From: Podarcis melisellensis | Lineage: Eukaryota | Length of the DNA stretch: 64,000 nucleotides | NCBI GenBank assembly: GCA_964234715.1 | Contig: OZ174279.1 | Strand: one strand, 5' to 3' | In this document: positions 1 through 12,583 of the stretch, in pieces | Numbering within the stretch: the first letter of the stretch is position 1 | Layout of the letters: every line of letters begins with the position of its first letter | Program-made: the position numbers and the translations under genes | Notes under the pieces: generated by a model | What the model was told of the DNA's origin: nothing | The model's database searches: none | Seen by the model: only the letters and a program-made list of their open reading frames with translations

Positions 1-427
1 TCACCTTATGAATTCATGTTAGTAAAATGTTACGGCCTCATTATAATATTCACTTTGTGAAAGGCCCTGCATTTATCACATCCCAACCTTGGATGAATAT
101 AAATTAAAAATGTGCATCTTTTTTTATAAGGAAAGGATTTCATACAGTTAGTCCTCCCTCCCTTGCCAACCCTACCCCAGTTATAGAGAAATTCTAAAAC
201 TGATCTTTTGTTCAGGTTTAGGAAACACCTAAATTCTCATTGCTTCCATAGCTCAAAGTTAACATTTCCTTTGTTGGTTGTTTGGCTATAGAATGGAACT
301 TCTAAACTACTGTAGGACCAAAGATTACCAACCCCCTCAGTCTGATGGGGCCATTCACCCCCCACAAAATGGGGGCGGGAATTCAGCTACTTTTAAGAGG
401 TCCTTCATGTATTCAAATACATTTTGA

Positions 428-650
428 GCATGGCTTCTTTCTTCCTCCACCATAAAGACTTTGTGTCATGATGTTGTGTTGCTCACATTGAGACATTCTG
501 ATCAGAATTGAGAAGGAACACTGCCAGGCTGCTGTGCAGTTGTGTGAAGCAGCACCAACGAATCTCTTTTATGGGAAAATAAGGAAACTTAGCAGCCTTG
601 TCAAAAAGAGTATTCAATCCCACCCCACTGATGAAATTTCAGAATTGCCA
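428..650 (+). pseudogene. Dynein relic exon, linker region before AAA1
   Basis: AWLLSSSTIKTLCHDVVLLTLR / frameshift / DILIRIEKEHCQAAVQLCEAAPTNLFYGKIRKLSSLVKK resembles QWLFDYPAQVAL...KKQVAQLKTLITM; weak alone, supported by position. Confidence 0.45.
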
Positions 651-1263
651 AGTTCTTGATAACTATTCTAATCTTTATGTGCCATTTTATCCCCGCCTTA
701 CTTCCTGAACCAATGAAAAACCTCAGTTTAATATTTTGGACGAGCACTGTTGCACAGGACTGAAACAGTTACATCATAGTTAAACACTTTTATATTTGTG
801 TCATGTTTTTTATGAGAATGAGAATGTTTTTCACCACTTTATCTTTTGATTAATTGGTATATAATTTTCGTTAAATAATAGTATATTTTCCTTTGGATGT
901 GCAACTCAATGACCATTCTTCCATGTAGCTGCAAGGATGAAAAAACAACAACAGGTACACAATTGTCTGATAAATGGTGTTTTACCACGCCAAGAAAAGC
1001 ACTAGGACTGCATACTCCTTCCTCACCACTCCCTTTTTTTCTCCCCTTGTGCCACCCAGCTGCAGTGAACCAAAAACCTTGAAAGGTCTCACTTAAAACT
1101 AGGATATGAAACCAGGAGAAGGGACAGTGGGGGTGATCCTGTTCTCCCATAGCATGTTCAGTATCCCTGAATACCAGCCCTGTGAATGGGCTCCTGCGTT
1201 TTCCCATCCATGTTTGTCTGCCTTGTTATTCTAAGCTTACTTTCTCCGCTGTTGTTCAAACTG

Positions 1264-1472
1264 CAGTGGTACTTCAGGTTACAAACACTTCGGGTTACAG
1301 ACTTCACTAACCCAGAAGTAGTACCTCAGGTTAAGAACTTTGCCCCAGGATGAGAACAAAAATTGTTCGGCAGTGGCGTGGTGGCAGCAGGAGGCCCCGT
1401 TAGCTGAAGTGGTACCTAAGGTTAAGAACGGACCTCCGGAACAAATTAAGTTCATAACCAGAGGTACCACTG
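1264..1472. mobile_element. Tc1/mariner (Tigger/pogo-like) MITE, family A
   Basis: TIRs CAGTGGTAC...GTACCACTG; internal sequence matches copies at 44299 and 62894. Confidence 0.85.
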
Positions 1473-1505
1473 CACAGTCATAATTATCTGCCTCTCCAAA
1501 TTCAG

Positions 1506-1790
1506 CCCCAATTGGATGGCATGATCCACATGTGTCCATTTATCAGATAAAAGAATCTTACAGTTCCTATCAGATTTTATGGGCATGAGGGTACTTCAAA
1601 ATTATGACGGCAACTTCAGATCCTATAGATATGAAGCCAGAAAGAACCTTCAAAGCTGTCACTTCCATTTCCTACAAAAGCAAAACACTTTGTAAAAGGA
1701 AAAAAAAAAATACACACACACATTACTGCTGAATTATAAATGAGATCTGGTATTTTTGTGATGGTACAAATCGAAGGCTTTCTCCATATT
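1506..1790 (+). pseudogene. Dynein relic, AAA1 entry and Walker B
   Basis: AG acceptor at 1504-1505; LQFLSDFMG resembles AQFLYSYEYLG; 1748-1774 encodes WYFCDGTNR with W, D, N, R at the positions of WGCFDEFNR. Spacing is shorter than in intact dyneins and no Walker A is recognisable. Confidence 0.5.
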
Positions 1791-2106
1791 GTTAGAATAC
1801 CAATTCACCCTTACTGGTCTCTACTACCTACCACTGTATAGAGTCCCCTGAGAGTCATCCATTTCTCATGAGATTACTTCAGCATCACATTACCGCTACC
1901 ACATATCCATTATATATACACTTTCAGACAAGTGGAAGTGTTTCCACAAAAACAATCTGGAATCTTGGCTTAAAACTGAAGTTTTCTGTCAAAGCAAAAA
2001 GAGTAGTCTAAAAGAGGGCTTATTTTTGTTTTGTTTGTACAAATATGTTGCTTTTAGATGGCTGTGGGGGAAATGCACAGCAGTTGGGCCACTCTTTTGT
2101 TTCAAG

Positions 2107-2385
2107 GCAGCAATCCCAAACCATGTACTCAGTAGCAGCAGGTTCCTTCTGTGTATCAGGAATCAGGCTTCATTCATTCCATGGGAAGCTTTTTTGGAAC
2201 ATAGCCTGAGAGGGTAAGCCTTGTTATGCTGGCGACTTTCTTATAACAATGTACTGGAGCTCCCATATATCAATCAATCAATATATCATCTGATATCGAG
2301 ACATACTTAGAGAATTCTCTCCTATGGTTCATGATAATGCCTGATAAGCGTACTTTGCACTGCCTATACAGCTCGTCTGAACTTT
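2107..2385 (+). pseudogene. Dynein relic, end of AAA1
   Basis: Acceptor ctcttttgtttcaag; AAIPNHVLSSSR ~ ELPENLKALFR; 2341-2364 LISVLCTA preceded by YGS** ~ DWGLRAIKSVLVVA. Confidence 0.6.
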
Positions 2386-2572
2386 GAAACTATCAAACTT
2401 TTTGCAGGAATTTAGGGAACAAAGGAGGGGCTGAAACTGTCCCCTTTGCATTTCATGCAAGGAGGCTGTGAATTATACCCCAGTATAAAAGCCACATCAG
2501 TCTGTTCAAAGATGTAAAGGCATTTCTGCCCAGAGGTCTCTCCCCCCCCCTTATCTTATATGTGTCTTTAAG

Positions 2573-2670
2573 GCATGATGATTACGGAAACAAATGAAGC
2601 CCTTGGTTAGATACAGAAATGGAAGAGGCTATCCCATTCCCCCTGACAACTATATTTCTATATTCTGATA
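2573..2670 (+). pseudogene. Dynein relic, AAA1 small subdomain
   Basis: Acceptor tgtgtctttaag; A**LRKQMKP/(1-nt frameshift at 2603)WLDTEMEEAIPFPLTTIF aligns without gaps to [25 protein letters not shown]. Confidence 0.6.
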
Positions 2671-3009
2671 GCCATCTGCTGGAATCAGATGGTATATGTC
2701 TTGTAACATCTGGATAATGGGGTTTCAACTGTAATCTCATTAATTTAATATTTCTGTTTAAGAGATAAGGCTGTCTTATACGAGGCTTTCCAAGATGGGC
2801 AAGACTTTTGTTGTGCATGTAGGGCACAATTCAAAGAAAGTTAAGTGTACCCAAGTCCTAATCAGTGGGATTTCAGCTTAATTTCAAGCCAGACACTGGC
2901 TTCAGTTACAGATGAGGAAAGTCTCTCCTCTTTGATTAGGGATTTCAGTGGCACTTAAGTGCACCTAATTTTCTCTGGATTTCACTCTTAGTCTTTTTTA
3001 TATATTTAG

Positions 3010-3235
3010 TTTTCTCAAATTTTGAACCTATTCCTGTTGCTGCCAATAAAAATGCCCTGCTTATCTCAACCCCAATCAAGCAAGGTCAGTGAACTGTGTG
3101 ACATCATGCACTGGGTAAACAGATGTAAATTTTACATACAGTGATTTACTATTACTTTTCATCAACTTCTTCCTTAGGAAGTCAGTATTTTTATTGAGCA
3201 CAAGGGGCCTTTAGCATAGGTCAAATGTGTGCCTA
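3010..3235 (+). pseudogene. Dynein relics, AAA2 entry and Walker A (two exons, 63-nt GT-AG intron 3115-3177)
   Basis: KVSELCDIM (3082-3108) ~ KVVQLEELL/KVIQLYETM; next exon KSVFLLSTRGL*HRSNV ~ HSVFVVGGAGTGKSQV. Confidence 0.7.
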
Positions 3236-3501
3236 CAACAATGCATAGTAGAATTTTCACACATAATTATTTCATTTAGGAAGTTTCATCTTTGAATGGG
3301 TACTGTTTCCTAAAGGAAAGTGAAAATAATTTAAGTTTTCTTTACATTGAATATGCTTTACAAATACTTTATTTTGAGTGCTACTGCTTCAACATTTTTG
3401 CTTTTTAATATCATGAATGTGGATTCATTTGAAACTGGTACTTCAAGAGTCATGTGAGCATATGGTAATTTCAGTTCTTCACTTAACAAAATTACATTTA
3501 G

Positions 3502-3575
3502 GTACTGTATGATCCCATATAACTACACTCTCTGGTGAATCCTTAGTGCTCTTTTGGCCGAAAGCAAATAAAAAG
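3502..3575 (+). pseudogene. Dynein relic, AAA2 region after Walker B
   Basis: Acceptor ttacatttag; LW*ILSALLAESK ~ MWIESLNTVMDDNK. Confidence 0.5.
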
Positions 3576-3739
3576 AGCATCAAATTCACGGTTTCATTAT
3601 TTTAAATATAGCTAAGATAATTCAGTTTAGATTTAGCAATATAAAGCAATGTAATATTGTGTGTGATCTTAAAGACACCTGAACCATGTGTTATGCTGAC
3701 ACTTTAAAAGTTGTTGTTGTTGTTTTAACACTTTGTTTA

Positions 3740-5040
3740 AAAAAAATGTATATACCAGTGTCCAAAGATATTCATCATACTGTATCATGGACAATAGGAA
3801 ATGGGACTGGTATGTTCTCGTTGGTCATGATTCTGTATCCATTATGATGAATTTCTGTATTCTGGATAAAAGAGAAAAGAAAAAGTCCCTTCCCCCCTTT
3901 CCCCATTCTTTTTCCAAGTTAATCTCCAAAATCTTGGGGGCATTTTCTTTTGTATTCACTTCAGCATGGGCCTTTCTCAGCTTTGCCTCTGCTATCTCCA
4001 TTTGTTTCTTAATGTTTCTATTCATAATTCCATTCATTTCTCCCAGTCACAACAGCATCCTTTTTCTGTCCTGCCATCTACAGTTGTTTCTCTTCCAGCA
4101 TCACAATGGCATCCTTTGTCTGATCCAGTCTTCCAGTCAACTGAGTGGATGACCACTCCATTCCAATGTTTGCGGTTGTCCATTTATTTAGCTTTTTGTG
4201 TTCAGGCTGTTCTGGATCAACATCCTTTCCCATAGGTCCTGTGCATTCTTTAGTCTGTTTTTGCCCCCTGATCTGATCTCCTTTAATATTCCACACATCT
4301 CAGCTCTTAATTCTATCAACTGTTCATCTAGTAATTTTTGCATAATACCAGCAATCAGTGAGGCATTAAGCATTGTTTTTGCCATCTTGAGTTATATTAT
4401 TTTCCCCTTGGCAGTCTCTGCTTCCAGAAAAATGTGCCCGTTTCTTTAAATCAGTATTCTATTCTGACACAGATAACATTTACTTTCGTTTCCATGTCTA
4501 AAACAGCCCACAAACAACAGAGAATTACAGATGGTATAAACTGTAAATTTTAGACAGGATAAAAGGTACATATCTCTTCAGTTATAAACTTTCAAAGTCA
4601 TCCATAGTTAAGGTAAGCTTTTTGGTCTATTTTTTGCTTGTTAATTAATGCTTTTTCATCTTCCAGCAGTTTCTGGATGCAAATTGACTGGCAGATAGCG
4701 TATCCAATTAGTACTTACTTCCAGTCTTGTAAATAGTTAAAAGAAGGTGGTATTATCGACCTGGTGCCCTAATTTAAGACCTATGATGCAGTGCATGGGC
4801 TTGATGAATGTTCCTCACCTGAGACACTTCCCCAATCCTGAAAACATCTTTGTTCACGGTGTGATGAATGTCTTCTTCTGGGCCTGAGGGGTTAATCCCT
4901 GACCCCCTTATCTCAAAAGGAAGTTTTGGTAATCAAGATCTTATGCCTTGGTTGCCTTTAATCACTGCATAATTATCTCTGCTGACATGAGTGACAGCAG
5001 CTGATCACTAGTCCGCTATCATTCCTCCTCGGAAGTCAGA
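3740..5040 (-). mobile_element. L1/Tx1-like retroelement remnant (5' region plus broken ORF1-like coiled coil)
   Basis: Frameshifted minus-strand K/E-rich helical ORFs (MAKTMLNASLIAGIMQKLLDEQLIELRAE..., MEIAEAKLRKAHAE...) and A-rich strand bias; family assignment by resemblance. Confidence 0.5.
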
Positions 5041-5667
5041 GGCGGCCATTTATTTTTAAGTAAGATTGTGTATGTGTTTGTTCCAGCCCAATGAAGGAGG
5101 AAGCCTCGAGGGGAATGGGGTGAGGGACTTCGTTCACATTGCCTTTATTAGCCAATAGGCTTCAGGGAGGAGCTGCCTGGTTATGCTGGGCTTGAATTTA
5201 TTTTGGTTGTTTGGTTTATTTGGCATTTAATGTGGGCAGGTAAGTGGAGTGGTACATGGTCAGTATCATAATGCAGGGAGGGCACTTCACTTATCATCTC
5301 TCTAATGTTGGCCAGCTTAGGAGACTGCTTTGCTGCTCTTGGGGCCTGGCATGTGCCACTTATTGAATGCTGAATAGTAGGGGTGTCTGGCACCTGTCAG
5401 ACTGCACACCTATGGTTTCCCTTGATGGGAAGTTGCTATTTGGCTCCTGTCACACCAGCTTGGATGATGGAGTTGATCTGGGGTGGTTTGGTTCTTAGCA
5501 GCAGGCAGAAGATTTCCTATCTGTCTGTGCAGCTTATACCTGCCTACACTTGTTAGCCGTGATTGGTGCAATTTCTTCCCTGTTCTGTTTTAATAAATAT
5601 AAGCTTCATACTGGGTGTGCCCTTTGCGTGCATGTGTAATATATTGGAACATTTAATTGTTTTACAG

Positions 5668-5810
5668 CAATTAGTCACTCTGTGCGTCAAATGAGTGGAT
5701 TTGCTAGATATTAGGATGTTTCTGAAAAACAGCTGTATGGAGTCTAAAACAGTCCCCTGAATAACACTGTTGGCTGTTGCATTCAACTGTGAACATATTT
5801 GTGCATTGCT
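5668..5810 (+). pseudogene. Dynein relic, AAA2 continuation
   Basis: Acceptor attgttttacag; QLVTLCVK*VDLLDIRMFLKNSCMESKTVP* ~ [31 protein letters not shown]. Confidence 0.45.
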
Positions 5811-8343
5811 TTTACCCCTCTGCCTGCCAGCTTTATTATACAATATCCTTGATATTTCAGATTTATCTGTAGACTGATTTTAATTTTATAGTTAGGACTA
5901 TAGTATTTTCCATCACAGGGGAAAAAGAACATTGTGCAATTTTGTTTTTTTGTTATTCAAAAATGTATCCCTTGACAACACTTTGCTGTCTTGTATCTTC
6001 ATAATACAGCATTATTTGAATGTTTTCCAGTGCAAATCTACTTCCATACCACTTTGTTTCCTGAAGAACATTGACTGTATTACAGACACATTGGCTAGCA
6101 ATCACATTTTTCCTCTTTGACACTGTGTGATTGCATTAAAGATAAGCATCTTTTAAAAACACTGCAGAAATCTAACAATCAGATTTAACCAAATACAGAA
6201 TTTCTGTTTCTTATTTGTTTCATAAATTGTTCTGCTGCCACATGAGAACAAATAAGAAACAAGCACCCTGGTATTGGTGGGATGAATGTATATTTCATAT
6301 GGAGCTCTCTTTCACCAAAGTACATACTTATTAAATGGGAAAGAGTTCCCCCTTTCTTTCCTCAGATTAAGGTGTGGGACCACAAGCAAATTAAATTGTG
6401 TCTCCAGGTTTTGAGTGTACCTCTTGGCCTAATCCAGTTCTCTAAAACAGCACTCCTAACCCTCTGGATTTCACATGCCCGAAGGCTAAATGCAATTATA
6501 AAAACATGACTCTTCCCAGATGAACTTTCAAATCTGCCTTGTCTCTTGTTTATTGATGGAAGATTGAAGGAAATATTCAAATCAGCCACCTTTCAATTCT
6601 TTACCAGCAGCAAAATGCAGAAATCATTAGAGTTGCTATGTCAATGGCTCTGTCCCATCTTAATATTCAACCTAGTTTGGGGATAACTTAAAACGAAATG
6701 CAGGTCTATTCATAATGCACTCACTTCCACATTCTTTCATTTGATATTTGCAGAAGAATGGCAACAACCAGTTCATTTGGAATGCCTATTTAAAGATAGC
6801 AAAATAAAGTAATCTGCTGCAATTTTAAGTTGTTCTCAGTACTAAACATTTGCAAGCAGGTTTTAAAAAATAATCTTCAAATTAATGCATTGCACAAACA
6901 ATGTGACCGAAGCTTAAGCTGCACTTTTACTTTAATTCTGCTTGTCACTGTATTATATTCAGTAAAGATCTATTTAGAACTTACTTAGAACTTCTGATAG
7001 ACCAGTTTGGAGTGGGACACTAATTTGCAATGAATCTCAGGTGCTGTTTTCAACCAATGAAGCACTGTCTATCTGAGAGGTGCTTGGCTTTCTCTATAAG
7101 GGGGACCATGATTTATAACGTGATATGATATTTTTGTGGTTTGGGCCTCTGATGGCTTAAACTATCTACAGTCCAAACACTTTGTCACTTTTTCACTTTG
7201 TTTAGTTTGGCTTGGACTATCTATGCAGCTGGGTATGACATGGACCAATGTTAAGAGGGATTGGCATAAATATTTCAGGTATAGTCTTTGGAGGGTCTGT
7301 TGCAAATGTCCATAAGCTGTGATTTGTTTAAATGGTAACATCATTTTGCCAGCTTGGATTATTTTACTTTTTTAAAAAAAGAAGTTGGTGTCTTATTTTT
7401 GGAATCCTTCAGCATGCATGGATTTTAAAGAGCCTTAAGCTATGATGTTTTCCTTTCATAAAATTTATATTTAATCATATCTTTTAAAAGTGTTCTCATT
7501 CTGCCACTTGGTGTTATCAACCAAGCGGAACCCGTGAATGCAATGTTCTCTTTTAACTGTTTTCGTATTTCATTCCTTCACAACTTCTTAAATGGTACAT
7601 GGTGTAAATCACAGTGAAGCATCCATGAGTAACATGTGACTTGAACTTAAGTGAGTGTTTTCTGTTTGAAATTAGAGAAGTCGCTGCCACAAATGATCTT
7701 GTATTTAGATTTTCCTGTCAGAATTCCAAACTCAAACTGGTACCTGTTCCATGCAATGCCATGCTCTTGACATCAGGGTGTGTTTTTTTATATCAATCAT
7801 CCCCACACTATTGGTTTCAGCTATTTAAACTTACTTAATTCCACAGAAATTTCCAATGAAAACATGACACTAAAATCTGAGATTCAGATGCAAAAATATT
7901 GGTGAAATCGTGTTCCAGCCATATGATGTCATGATGAGAGTCAGCAAAGGATGGCCAGTCCAGGGCTGCTTCATTACCTGCTAAAGAACTGGACCAGTTC
8001 CATAAATTGAACCTGAAACTGGTGGCCAGGACCCTTGCAACCCAAGCCAGGACTCCCACAGATGCCTCCCCATAAGCCTCAAAAATCAAGCACTCTTTGT
8101 TCCACCATGCCTACCCAACAGTTCAGGAAACACATCACTTCTCTCCTTCCTCATCAGGTAAGAAGATGCAGAAAGGAGAAGCAGTGCTCATCTTTTGGCC
8201 TTTGAAGGATTCACACTATTCAAGTGGGCAGGGACAAACTATTCCCACTAGTGGCTGGTGTACATTGGGACTGGTAGGCCAAAAAGTAGGGAGACCAATG
8301 GTAGGTGGGGCCAGAATGAATGACAGGCAGAGCCAGCTAATTC

Positions 8344-8637
8344 TATGATACGATATGATACGATACAATATGATAATCTTTATTGTCATTGTCCCATACA
8401 GAACAACGAAATTGAAAAATCTACATAAGACATTCAAAACCCAACAAGCCTGTTACCCCAGCTATCCCAACCTGGTTAGCCCCCTAAAAACTCTGATACC
8501 CCATTTTTAAATACAAAATACTCCCATACAGACTCCTTACAATGCATTTAAAACCAAAATCGCATTTGGGTAGAAACTGTTTCTCAGGCGGCAAGTCCTA
8601 GTCTTTATAACCCTGTACCTTCTTCCAGAAAGCAGAG
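8344..8637 (-). mobile_element. Rex1/Babar LINE 3' fragment
   Basis: Minus strand encodes LLSGRRYRVIKTRTCRLRNSFYPNAILVLN, the typical Rex1/Babar C-terminus, followed by a 3' UTR with AATAAA and a (TATCG/TATCA)n tail. Confidence 0.85.
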
Positions 8638-8828
8638 GCTGAAAGAAAACATTTCTGGGGTTCTAGTTTTGTCCCCCATCCTCCTCCCTGCCGAGTTCTA
8701 CAAGGGCAATGCAGAGACCAAGAAGGAGGGAGTTGATAGGCAGTGCCAACACCTAGAATGGTTGTAAGAAGGAAGGAAGGCAGCTGAGAGCTAGCTGAAG
8801 GCAGATTGAGGTCGGGGCAGCACCCCAT

Positions 8829-9305
8829 TGTCATGATGCTGTCAGCAGCTCTCGGCTGGATGCCCAGGAAAGTCTAAAGACAAGGAAAGTTTCTTACAGT
8901 CCTTTTTTATTTCATTCTTTACAGAAAGAGGCTATAGAACCCAGCCCCTGGATAATGGCGTTGTCCCAAGTGACTCTCCACTCCCTGTCTCTCCCACTTC
9001 CTCATTTGTCACTTCTACGGGTGCTGCTATGTGCCCTTTGTCTTTAAGCTCTTTGCTCTCCTACTTTTAAGGTTGCCAGGTTCTGGGAGACGGTGGGTCT
9101 GGAATGCTTTCTAATGACAATGTGTCAGCCGGGTGTTGTTCTGGCTCTCCCATGATTTCCCAACTTTCCCCCTCATGCTGCCTCTGAGCTGCGACCTCCC
9201 TCAAACCCCTGTTGTAATTCTATACTGTCTTTCTCTTCCTCCTCCCTGGAAGGGTCAGGGTGGGGAGACGGTCTCCACCATTCCTTCTCTGCCCAGTCCC
9301 TGACA
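8829..9305 (-). mobile_element. Solo LTR
   Basis: TGTCA...TGACA termini, 477 bp, near-perfect 5-bp TSD cccat/cacat, AATAAA on the minus strand. Confidence 0.75.
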
Positions 9306-9544
9306 CACATCACTCTCCATAGACACTCTTCCACTGCCTGTTTCCCATTCCTAGTTCAGATCTCTCCACTCACCTCCAGCCTTGGTTGGAGCAAATTGCT
9401 CCTTGGAAGCTTTCTATGGTACTTCTTTGCTTGTGAATAGTGAAAATAAAGCAGGATTAACACAAGCCCCTAAACTGTCTCCTTCTTGCTAAAATTTCAG
9501 TAAGCAAAAAATTATTCCACAGTTAAGAATTATTTGGCTCTTAG

Positions 9545-9720
9545 ACCAACTCACTTCTTCCTCCAGCACCAGACTTGAGTTTGTCTTCCAAGAGGCAGCT
9601 TCTCCTTCTACACCAATGAGCTACTTTTTGCTATGTATGCACAATCTTATCTGTACCCTGAAAAAAATGCTGCAGACTTTGTGGACTATGTATACACCTC
9701 TGCTATCAGTATAGCTTCTG
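9545..9720 (+). pseudogene. Dynein relic, AAA3 through Walker B
   Basis: Acceptor ttggctcttag; SFSFYTNELL ~ PFNYYTTSAML; YLYPEKNAADFVDYV ~ YGPPGNKKLIYFIDDM. Confidence 0.55.
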
Positions 9721-10053
9721 CTGTAACAATCTGCACAACATGCTGTGGTTGGATCTTGGCTAGCAGACACACTCCCACTTCCGCTCTGTGCATTGATTGT
9801 ACACAAGATTTGTTACCTTTACAGGGCTCAGGCGTTAAGGATAAAACAAACAAGTGATGTACATGCATGTGTGAACATCTTGTGATAGGAAAAGAATGTG
9901 TGAATGGAACCTCCACAGGTTCCACAGTACTTTGTTCAACCATCTTGCAATGTAGGTTCATTTTCTGTTGTACAGTAGCATGCACTGTTTTCTTTGTTCA
10001 TATAAATCACCTGCAGCGACATGAACGAGTTAAAATACATTTATTTCCCTCAG

Positions 10054-10215
10054 AACTGCTCTAGAGTCAGCTATGCTGGTGGTCTCCACAAGAAATTCAA
10101 ACTCTCTGCTGACCAAGTGAAAAAACACATGTTCATGTATCAGGAGGATATATAATCTTAGTTGAGTCAGTCTCAGTGACGATTCCACTCAGTGAAATCT
10201 TCACTTGGATCTCAG
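10054..10215 (+). pseudogene. Dynein relic, AAA3
   Basis: Acceptor ttatttccctcag; YAGGLHKKFKLSADQVKKHMFM ~ DYGHWYDRSKLSLKEITNVQYV; SVTI (10173-10184) ~ SFTI. Confidence 0.65.
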
Positions 10216-10306
10216 GTCTGAGGAATTTCATGAGTCTCAAACAGCTAGAGAGAAGACTGTTAAACCTGAAGGATTTGACTGCTATTTTCCCTCCTTTCTC
10301 CTTCAG

Positions 10307-10465
10307 ACTCTTGCCATTTCTCCCCCTGCAGTGGAAAGATTTTTGACTTTTTAAAATTCACATATAAAACAGTCTTAAGAAAATGGCTAAGAAGCGTTGG
10401 CCACTGGTTCCCTTAAGAAAATAACATTCCAGAATCCTAAAAGCTGCAGTGTGTTCCCTTAGTGG
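10307..10465 (+). pseudogene. Dynein relic, AAA3 small subdomain
   Basis: Strong acceptor ttttccctcctttctccttcag; TLAISPPAVE/.../FTYKTVLRKWL ~ VFVLSFPGADALSSIYSIILTQHL, with frameshifts. Confidence 0.6.
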
Positions 10466-10949
10466 GTGTTTAGAGGCTTGTCATTTGAGAGTCTCTTTAG
10501 TCTGGCCCCCAAAGCTCAGCTTCCCAATATGTTCAGGAAGTGGTGCTGTCAGTCTTGTGAGCATATATGAGAATTGTTGGACAGGGGTGGTGGTAACAGA
10601 GAACATAGTGCAACACTAACTTCAGCATGATGGTGTCAGTTCCTAGTGTGCCCTCAAGGAAAAGTGTGAGCAGGGGAGTCTCTGCTTTCCTTCTGTTGTT
10701 CCCCTCAGCCATGTTCCAGATGGGTGTCCCAGTGGCAACACCTATAGTTGCAGATTGGGGGAAGTGAGGGACTCTTCTCTCCTTCCTCATATCCCCCCTT
10801 TATGTGTGCTTGCTTTCCTACAGAGGTTCTGGCAAGTGAGTGGGAAAGGGTGAGATTTTTTGTTTGCGCAAGAGCAAGACAAGGGTGTGTCTGACCACTT
10901 TGAACTAAGGTGGGCATAGGTTTCTAGGAACACTGCTGCCTCAGGTGGT

Positions 10950-11141
10950 ACACAATGGGCCCCATGTGATTTGCTAATTCCAGGATTCACCTGTAGGCCA
11001 ATCAGGTTGTGGATTCACTTCCACCTGGAGCTGGATTGGGTGGCTCCTGTGGACCAACCAGACTGCTGCATTCTGGATCCTATTGTTCTAGGACCAATCA
11101 GACTGCTGCATTTTGGATCCTATTCAACTCAGTACATAACA
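10950..11141 (-). mobile_element. LTR-like fragment with internal tandem duplication
   Basis: Minus strand starts TGTTATGTAC; duplicated unit cagactgctgcatt(c/t)tggatcctatt; repeated CCAAT boxes. Other end not defined. Confidence 0.5.
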
Positions 11142-11647
11142 CCCTGGAGGGTTAAGTTACAGAGAGGTTTTGTCTTCCCTCAGAACGACCTGACCAATGA
11201 AAGCACATGCCACCTCAGTGAAGTTCATGCCACTCTGCTTGGTTGTTAAGCAGCACACCCTCTTCTTGGTTAGCTGAGTTACTAAGTGCAAAATTCACTC
11301 TTAAGTCACACATGGAATGATCTCTGCTGTTACACTTCCTGCAGCCCTCATACGAGACTTCTGAATAAAAACTGAGGCTCCGAGACAAAAAAAAATCCAA
11401 CTCTATTTTACGGCATTGGAGAGAGAAAGGCAAGAGCAAAGGAAAGACAGGAACAAATGGCAGTTGTTTATAATACCCATTTTGTGAAGAGAGTGTTATT
11501 TCTCCTCATTGGAGAGAGAGCTACAGAAATGACTTCTATGCCAATGGTGTAAGCTTACTGCTTTCTTCAGTTTGCTAAATGCTGCTGGGGTTTTTTTTCT
11601 CCCTCTTCTGGATATACACATACACAATTAATTTTTCTTTCTTGCAG

Positions 11648-11770
11648 GCTAATATCCTGAAGTGTTTGGAGGCCCATCCAAGAGCCATCTGTTGCTTACC
11701 TCTGTGTTCTCCAGTTTGGGAGACCTCATGGAAAATTCAACACAGATTCATCTGCAGACAGAACAACAAA
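11648..11770 (+). pseudogene. Dynein relic, after the AAA3 HYxFNLRD motif
   Basis: Strong acceptor tttttctttcttgcag; begins ANILKCL ~ ANIFQGI. Confidence 0.6.
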
Positions 11771-12332
11771 GTCAGCATTTAACTGTGCTGAATTTTACAG
11801 AATTTTCTCCTGCGGATGGTATTGATATCTTTTAAGTGAACGGAGTAATGTGGGAATGATTCTCTAAGTTATTGACAGGTGTCCAGAGAGGAGCTGTGTA
11901 AGAAACATTTTGATCCTTGAGAATCGCATCATAATGGATTGGGCTAATCTCCTGGCTTTTCAGATCTGTCCATGTCTAAGACATATCTAAGGTCACATTG
12001 TAGCTATAGACTAATCAGACTTCTTGCTTCATCTTGCTCAGATGCCAAGTTAAAGCACTTCCCAGGCTCTGACACCATTCCTGTTATAAAAGGTCAGAGT
12101 TCCTAGATACACCGGAAAATATCACAGACATCCAGAGTCTCACATTCACTTAATAGCCATGGTATTGGAAAATATTTTTCTAACTGCTGGGAACAGTGTG
12201 TGAAATCCATGCCAGGACATATTTCCTTCAAATATTTGGACAGTGGAAGAAGTTGATTTCAGCTTCTGCATTTTCAAACTGCAGTTGAAAGCTTGCACTG
12301 CAGCTTGTGTGTGTGTGTGTGTATTAGTGGTA

Positions 12333-12583
12333 CAGTCGTACCTCAGAAGTCGAGCAGAATCCATTCTGGAAGTCTGTTCGACTTCTGAAACATTTGATTT
12401 CCAAAGCGCAGCTTTTTATTGGCTGCAGGAAACTCCTGCAGCCAATTGGAAGCCATGAAAGCCCCTTCAGACGTTCGGCTTCCAAAAGAACGTTTGGAAA
12501 CTGGAACACTCAGTTCTGGTTTTCGATTGTTTGGGAGCTGGAATGTTAGACTCCCAAGGTATTCAGTAGCCGAGGTACGACTG
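12333..12583. mobile_element. Tc1/mariner-type MITE, family B
   Basis: TIRs CAGTCGTACCTC...GAGGTACGACTG, TA on both sides, internal palindrome ttggctgcagga...tcctgcagccaa. Confidence 0.85.

Noticed and set aside
3733-4152. 139-aa hydrophobic ORF resembling a membrane protein
   Set aside because: Antisense shadow of the A-rich minus-strand retroelement ORF.
9867-9955. NGTSTGSTVL as the dynein AAA3 Walker A
   Set aside because: Out of order: it lies after the relic matching the AAA3 Walker B region, so it is probably chance.
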